This document shows positions 57,686-64,000 of a DNA stretch of 64,000 bases, one piece after another (positions within the stretch are counted from its first letter, which is position 1; every line of letters begins with the position of its first letter). Made by a program: the position numbers and the translations under genes. Below the pieces are notes generated by a model. That model was not told where the DNA came from. It searched no databases and was given only the letters and a program-made list of their open reading frames with translations. Origin of the DNA: Leidyana gryllorum EB-2025a. Taxonomy: Eukaryota; Protista; Apicomplexa. The stretch spans positions 62,001 through 126,000 of the forward strand of contig JBLWGC010000043.1 of the NCBI GenBank assembly GCA_048772705.1, given 5' to 3'.

Positions 57686-58466
57686 GCCGTATGTAGCTCG
57701 AACGACGGTCTATCAGTGAAGTGAGGGGACCGAGTGCCAATACAATACAACGGCTGACAAGAGTGAGATTCGATCCCACGGCCTTTCGAACTGCGGCATT
57801 CACACAGCTCCCTAGTTCACTCGGCCGTCTTGCCGCAGTGTTCTTGGCTCGCCACATTACATGTTTTGTGTCCGTGAAATCTCGAGAAGGAAGACTTTTG
57901 GGGTTGAAGTCCGGCGCGTTGACGAGCGTCCGAGATGAAGAAGTGGTCAGTATTTCCGAATGTCACGCGCAAGACCCGGATTCGATGCGCGGTTTCGGAG
58001 CACAGTTGATTCCGCTTACGATTATCTCCGTTGGTTTCCGCTGAAAGTTGCGAGCTAGAGCCACAGGACTGAAGTCGGGACCTTCTGCGTGTGAAGCAGA
58101 CATCGTCACCACCGGACGATGGCTGCACGGAGCTTCTGTGCTGGGTAAAGGGGCATGTGTCTCGAAAACACATACCCTGAAGCTGGTTGTTACCTACGGA
58201 CCTGTAGCCTCACAGAAATGGGACGGGCTGAAGTAGCGCAGTTCGTAAAACATCTGACGCTCCGGTTGCATCCCATCCTGATTGATGCTTCGCTACCTTT
58301 ATACTTTCACTCGAAGATTTTCCGAGTCGTCTAGGCTCGATTCCTGCCCGGACAGTATGTCTCTGGTGTCTCGAATGGAAACTCGGGTTCAAGTCCGGCA
58401 GTGGAAATCCAGCTGAGTGTGCTTGTAGGCAACAGTTCCATTCTTACTTCCAGGGAAATAGATCCA

Positions 58467-58539
58467 CACCGCCCGCGGGGCTCGAACCCGCGACTGCAAG
58501 ATTAAGAGTCTTGCGCTCTACCGACTGAGCTAGGGCGGC
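58467..58539 (-). tRNA. tRNA-Lys(CTT)
   Basis: Full cloverleaf, copy of 33045-33117. Confidence 0.92.
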
Positions 58540-59797
58540 AGGAATGTAAGGACACAAAACCCGATAGCCTGACATTTTGAGTGGCTCCGCTCCCAGAGCT
58601 GGCAGTGCCCTTAGACTGGTTGTCCGAGCAGCAGAGTCCGTCGGCATTTCTAAGAAATCTATTCCGATGTGCTGCCACGGGAATAGGGGGGTTCTCTATT
58701 GGGTGCAATAGGCCTGCTTGTTTCTGGGTTGTGTGCTTCGCTAGTTGGCATTCTCGACAATTCTTGCAGAAGTGGGCTACGTCTGCTGCAAACCCGCGCC
58801 AGTTGAAACTTGACCGTAGTCGTCCGAGTGTCTTCTCAGGGCCAAAGTGTCCTGCTAATCTTGAGCTGTGGTGCTCCTTTATCAAATCCATGATGATGTC
58901 GGGGTCTGGTGGTACAATAACGCAGCCATCCTCATCGATTGGTATTCCGCGGATCCATTGTTTCGTCTCTTGATTCGGGTCCTGACAGTGTCTGAGAATA
59001 GAACTCGATTGGTCTTGGTCCGGCGGGCTCTTTCTCTTCCAATACCGCTCTGATTGCATGGATGGATGCGTCCGTAGTCAGGTGTAGTTCGCTTGCATCC
59101 GGGTTGGGGTACCACAGTTCAGGTGAGTCAACCAGCTCTGCTTTGAGTTGGTTCCATGCATGTGTGATTTCATCTGTTTTTGTGATGGCATCGGCTGGGC
59201 GTTTCAATCCGTCCATCGTCGTTCGTAGGATTTGTAGGATCGATCGGTTGGCGCGTTCCGTGAGCCCGTTGGATTGTGGTCGGTATGTCGTTGTCATAGC
59301 TAAGTTGGTTCATAGACCTTCCATAATTTGTTGCCACATCTCGGAGATGAACCTAGGGTCTCTATCTGATATTATCTTCTCTGGGATGCCGTGTATTTTG
59401 ACTATGTTGTCGATGAATAGTCTTGCGGCTTCTGCGGCTGGTGGAACAGGTTCGCAAATTTGTCCACTATCCATCCCTGGTCTCTGGGTATCTTGAGATT
59501 GAGGGCGTCGGTGTGTTCCTGTGGTGATGAGTGTATGTTGTAGCAACCGGTGAGAGTACATTTCTCCACCACTGTGGTTATTCCTTCTGTATTGCATCCT
59601 ACATGTCTAGGCCAGTAAGTCTTGTGATGTGGGGTTGTAAGTGAATGTGTTGTGCTTGGTTGGTGACCAAAACTACTTCGCATTGCCCCAGGGTTTCGGC
59701 CGTTCCGATTCCCCCAATCGTGATGCGAATCTGTTTTGAGACCGGTATGTCGAGTCTCTGTGCTGTTGTGCTGTCGATGAGATCCGTGTCTGCTCCG

Positions 59798-60862
59798 CTA
59801 TCCACGAGTATTATAACCGGTTTGTATGCTCCGTCCTTCAGGATTTGCCACCGCACTATTGCGCCGGAGGCTTGTCGTCTTGTGGGTCGTGCCAGCCAAA
59901 CGGAGTAGGTCAGTCCCTCCTCTTTGTGCTCGATTCCTAGTGGAAGGGCTGGTCCTAGGAGAGCGTCTGAAAATCCTGCTGTTCGGTTCCTCCCAATTGT
60001 TCGGTTCGGTGTCGACGAAGAATGCCCGTCGGGCCGGTGGTGGGTATGGTCGTTTTCGTTGCCTGTGTGGACAACTCGGAGTCAAGTGTCCTTCTTTCCC
60101 GCAGACATAACAAAGTCCCCGTTGTCTGCATTCCTCTCTGGAGAATGGGTTGGTCGGGCCCGTGTATGGGTTCGCCGGTTTTCTCTGTTGATCAGTGGCC
60201 AGGAAGATCCTTTGAGGTCTGTCGCGGTTCCGTTGCGCGATCTCGACGGTGAATTGGGCCGCTTCTTCGAAAGTCTTAGGTTGTCTGGAGATGAGCAGGG
60301 CTTGCTCGAAATCCGGCAGGGCGTTCATAAAGATTTCCAGCGTGTCCTTGTCCGTAAGGTTTCGGATTCCCCTCCGGAGGTCACGAGCTCTCCTGACGTA
60401 GCCCTCGATGTTAGCTGGGTCCGCTTTCAGGTTGACAAATTCGGTGAGGTCTGACCGTGGCCTGCAGCCGAATTCCTGCATGAATTTGGTCTTAAATTCC
60501 TCCCAGCTCAAATGTCGTATCGGGGTGGCCGTGCTTGGACGGTTGAGCCATCGAGTAGCGGAACCTTTCAGAGTCGCGCAGGCTATCCACGTCCGCAGTT
60601 CGTCCTCGATGCTGAGGTTGTCGAAGGCCGCTTCAAGCTCCTCCAGGTGTTCTCGGGCATCACCAGCGCTGTCGTAGTTTCCCACTAGCTGGTTGATCCA
60701 TCGGATTCGCTTGAAGATGAACTCGGGGTCCGTTGTCGCCGTCTTCGCAACTTTAGCACTGCTACCAGTGTAGAGGTCCCGTACCCTCTCCCCTGCGTCG
60801 AGGGTACAGTCGGGATCAGTGACTGGGGTTTCCCGAGCCCTCTTGCCTCTAGTTGTCACCAT
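59798..60862 (-). CDS. Ty3/gypsy gag (family B), duplicate
   Basis: 354-aa near-identical copy of 56306-57370. Confidence 0.9.
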   Translation of the reverse strand: MVTTRGKRARETPVTDPDCTLDAGERVRDLYTGSSAKVAKTATTDPEFIFKRIRWINQLVGNYDSAGDAREHLEELEAAFDNLSIEDELRTWIACATLKGSATRWLNRPSTATPIRHLSWEEFKTKFMQEFGCRPRSDLTEFVNLKADPANIEGYVRRARDLRRGIRNLTDKDTLEIFMNALPDFEQALLISRQPKTFEEAAQFTVEIAQRNRDRPQRIFLATDQQRKPANPYTGPTNPFSREECRQRGLCYVCGKEGHLTPSCPHRQRKRPYPPPARRAFFVDTEPNNWEEPNSRIFRRSPRTSPSTRNRAQRGGTDLLRLAGTTHKTTSLRRNSAVANPEGRSIQTGYNTRG

Positions 60863-61106
60863 TGTTCTAGTTTGCTCTTAGTACCTGGTCGCTGGATCGA
60901 GTCCACGGCCCTGCACTTCGCCCTTGGCCAGCCACCTCGACCGGCACATGGCTGCTGTAGGAGTTACACCAAACTTACACACATGTTAGGTTTTTCAGAT
61001 AGACACTCGGGGGTTAACAAACAGAGAGAGACAGACAGACGGACAAGGACTGAGGTTGCGAGCACACGACACTTCCCATTGCACTAACTGCGGCTCTTTC
61101 GCAATT

Positions 61107-61177
61107 GCACTTGTGGTCTAAGGGTAAGATGCGACCCTTCCAAGGTCGTAACCCGGGTTCGAGTCCCGGCAGGTGCA
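61107..61177 (+). tRNA. tRNA-Gly(TCC)
   Basis: Duplicate of 57615-57685. Confidence 0.92.
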
Positions 61178-61958
61178 GCCGTATGTAGCTCGAACGACGG
61201 TCTATCAGTGAAGTGAGGGGACCGAGTGCCAATACAATACAACGGCTGACAAGAGTGAGATTCGATCCCACGGCCTTTCGAACTGCGGCATTCACACAGC
61301 TCCCTAGTTCACTCGGCCGTCTTGCCGCAGTGTTCTTGGCTCGCCACATTACATGTTTTGTGTCCGTGAAATCTCGAGAAGGAAGACTTTTGGGGTTGAA
61401 GTCCGGCGCGTTGACGAGCGTCCGAGATGAAGAAGTGGTCAGTATTTCCGAATGTCACGCGCAAGACCCGGATTCGATGCGCGGTTTCGGAGCACAGTTG
61501 ATTCCGCTTACGATTATCTCCGTTGGTTTCCGCTGAAAGTTGCGAGCTAGAGCCACAGGACTGAAGTCGGGACCTTCTGCGTGTGAAGCAGACATCGTCA
61601 CCACCGGACGATGGCTGCACGGAGCTTCTGTGCTGGGTAAAGGGGCATGTGTCTCGAAAACACATACCCTGAAGCTGGTTGTTACCTACGGACCTGTAGC
61701 CTCACAGAAATGGGACGGGCTGAAGTAGCGCAGTTCGTAAAACATCTGACGCTCCGGTTGCATCCCATCCTGATTGATGCTTCGCTACCTTTATACTTTC
61801 ACTCGAAGATTTTCCGAGTCGTCTAGGCTCGATTCCTGCCCGGACAGTATGTCTCTGGTGTCTCGAATGGAAACTCGGGTTCAAGTCCGGCAGTGGAAAT
61901 CCAGCTGAGTGTGCTTGTAGGCAACAGTTCCATTCTTACTTCCAGGGAAATAGATCCA

Positions 61959-62031
61959 CACCGCCCGCGGGGCTCGAACCCGCGACTGCAAGATTAAGAG
62001 TCTTGCGCTCTACCGACTGAGCTAGGGCGGC
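61959..62031 (-). tRNA. tRNA-Lys(CTT)
   Basis: Duplicate of 58467-58539. Confidence 0.92.
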
Positions 62032-62453
62032 AGGAATGTAAGGACACAAAACCCGATAGCCTGACATTTTGAGTGGCTCCGCTCCCAGAGCTGGCAGTGC
62101 CCTTAGACTGGTTGTCCGAGCCAGGAATCGAGCCTGGGTTTGCACGGCAATAACGTGCTGTCCTAACCACTAGACGACTCGGACAATCTTCAGGTGAGGC
62201 TATAAAGGTAGTGAAGGTCACTTAGGATGGGATCCAACAGGAGCATCAGATGAAGTGCGTGGCGATCGGAACACCTCCCACTCCGGCTGGGAGGGAAGCG
62301 GACCGCCAATGATCTGATGCCAGCACTATTCAGATGTTGTACCAGCTAACCTACTTCGGTTCGCCCAAGTTCTCTGAGGTTACACGTACCTAACAACCAG
62401 GCTAATTCTGAGGATACTTGATTTCAGAGACACACGCCCCTTCCCCAATCCGC

Positions 62454-62525
62454 GCAGCCATAGTCTAGTGGTTAAGACGTCTGCTTCACACGCAGAAGGT
62501 CCGAGTTCGATCCTCGGTGGCTGGA
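62454..62525 (+). tRNA. tRNA-Val(CAC), possibly pseudogene
   Basis: TCTGC-TTCACAC-GCAGA; 1-nt deletion near the variable loop. Confidence 0.7.
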
Positions 62526-62929
62526 GCTCGCACCTTTTAAGTGAGCACCGAACGAAGTCTGAAGCGGAAAGAGCTGTGCTGTAAGACCGGCGATCGTACC
62601 GAGGTCTTCTGCGTGACGGGCGGAAATACTAAAGACTTTGGTGGACCTGCCCAATGACTTGCATGGCTCCATTCTAAGGCAAATAGAGTGTAACTAAGTT
62701 TAGAGTTTCCTTGTCGTCCTAGCTCAGTCGGTAGAGCGCAAGCCTCTTAATCTTGCAGTCGCAGATTAAAGTCCCGTGGGCGGTGCGGATCAATAGGCCG
62801 GGGAGTAAGAATGGAGTATGTTGCCTACAAGCAAACCCAGCTGCATTTCCGCTGCCGGGACTCGAACCGGGATGGTGCGGCTCGAGCCGCATATACTAGC
62901 CACCTAGACTAAAGGGGACGGGTCACCAC

Positions 62930-63890
62930 AGTTGCCCTGACGAATGGGGGCAGAAAAGGCCTGAAAATCCTGAGTTCCACATAGGAAACCTGGGCGAACA
63001 CAGTTGCTTCCGACATCAGGCGCCTGGACTGGGAGAGCTTCCGCAGGATGGTTACGAATGAGTTTGAGTCGGACAAGCGGGGAAGCCTAGCGCGGCTGGT
63101 GGAATTGCGCCCAGCGGAGGGAGGCATCCGCCAGTTCGCCATTGCGTTCAGACAAGAGCGGCGTACCGTGCGAAACATCCCGTCGCGACTTCCAAAGGCA
63201 GAGCAGTTGGTGATCCGCGACAGAAACCCACAAACGGTAGCCGAGGCGGTTTCGCTGGTCCTCATCATGTGCCCAAAAGAAACACAATTAGTCAAACGGA
63301 CGTTGGTAGCAACTCACAGAGGAGTGGGGATACAAAATCCGCACACCAGGGAACACTGCAGCAAGCACAACCTGTGCTACCTGTGCGGACAAGCCGGGCA
63401 TCTGTCCACCAAATGCCCGAAGCGGGGAAACCACCCTAAGAACAACCAGCAAAGATGGCGAGCCTTCCCGGCGATGGCGAACTTACCAGAAGACGGAAAC
63501 CACGAAGAGGAGGCCGAAACGGACTGGGATTTTTAGACGAGGCCCAACACGGGCCTAACACATGCTTCACCGCCATCCATTGGCAAGGCACACAACGCAC
63601 GGGTTGGACGGCCACAATGGAGTGGGAGGTAACGAGCCCCAAGGGGGGGGCATAGCCGAAGAACGACAGCCCTGATTGACTCAGGATCGGAAGTCAATAT
63701 CATCACACCAGCCTTGGCAAGGAGCTTAGGTTTGAAAATACAGGATTGCATCACGCAAAGGATTGAAGGAATGGGTCGGCGAAGTGCGAAGGAGAAGTAC
63801 AAGCTTGTCTGAAGACTCAACACAAGCGGTATCCCCCCTTGCGCTTTGCGGTGGTACACAATGACCACTACGAGGCGATAGTAGGCCTCT
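62930..63890 (+). pseudogene. gypsy gag-protease relic
   Basis: CYLCGQAGHLSTKC knuckle; ALIDSGSE at ~63670. Confidence 0.8.
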
Positions 63891-63894
63891 CGCT

Positions 63895-64000
63895 TGTTGT
63901 ACTTCGTGTTTGCCTGATGGTCAACTTCCTATCGGGTTGCCAAATTCGACTTGCTGAAATTTCCAATCGAATTAACATCCATCTGGATACTTCCCTACAT
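63895..64000. mobile_element. LTR family L1, runs off the window
   Basis: Matches 9770-9875. Confidence 0.8.

Larger units (their letters stand above)
55568..62121. repeat. Segmental duplication, offset 3492 bp (55568-58629 and 59060-62121)
   Basis: ORF pairs 56306/59798, 57380/60872, 58048/61540; few SNPs. Confidence 0.95.

Overview
Eukaryotic repeat-rich window with no recognisable host protein gene. Eukaryotic origin rests on A34 anticodons (Ile-AAT, Thr-AGT, Arg-ACG, Leu-AAG), no encoded CCA and an intron in tRNA-Tyr. Dense tRNA clusters (about 1-9770, 31870-38890, 43310-43830, 57600-58630, 61090-62910) together cover all 20 amino acids. They consist of tRNA-plus-flank modules repeated in shuffled order and orientation, many decayed. 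Between them lie nested mobile elements: a Helitron RepHel locus split by a solo LTR and by an apparent internally deleted copy of itself (10654-25256), several Ty3/gypsy elements including a chromovirus, solo LTRs, a short non-LTR-type insertion with an 11-bp TSD, a 4-kb inversion, a ~12-kb tandem array of scrambled gypsy pol fragments (1294-bp period) and a 3492-bp-offset duplication. The most novel-looking item is a 637-bp TG...CA insertion with a perfect 5-bp TSD (28564-29200) that carries three tandem tRNA-like A/B-box cassettes. All calls were made by eye and boundaries may be off by a few bases. Most short ORFs in the track are artefacts of tRNAs or repeats.
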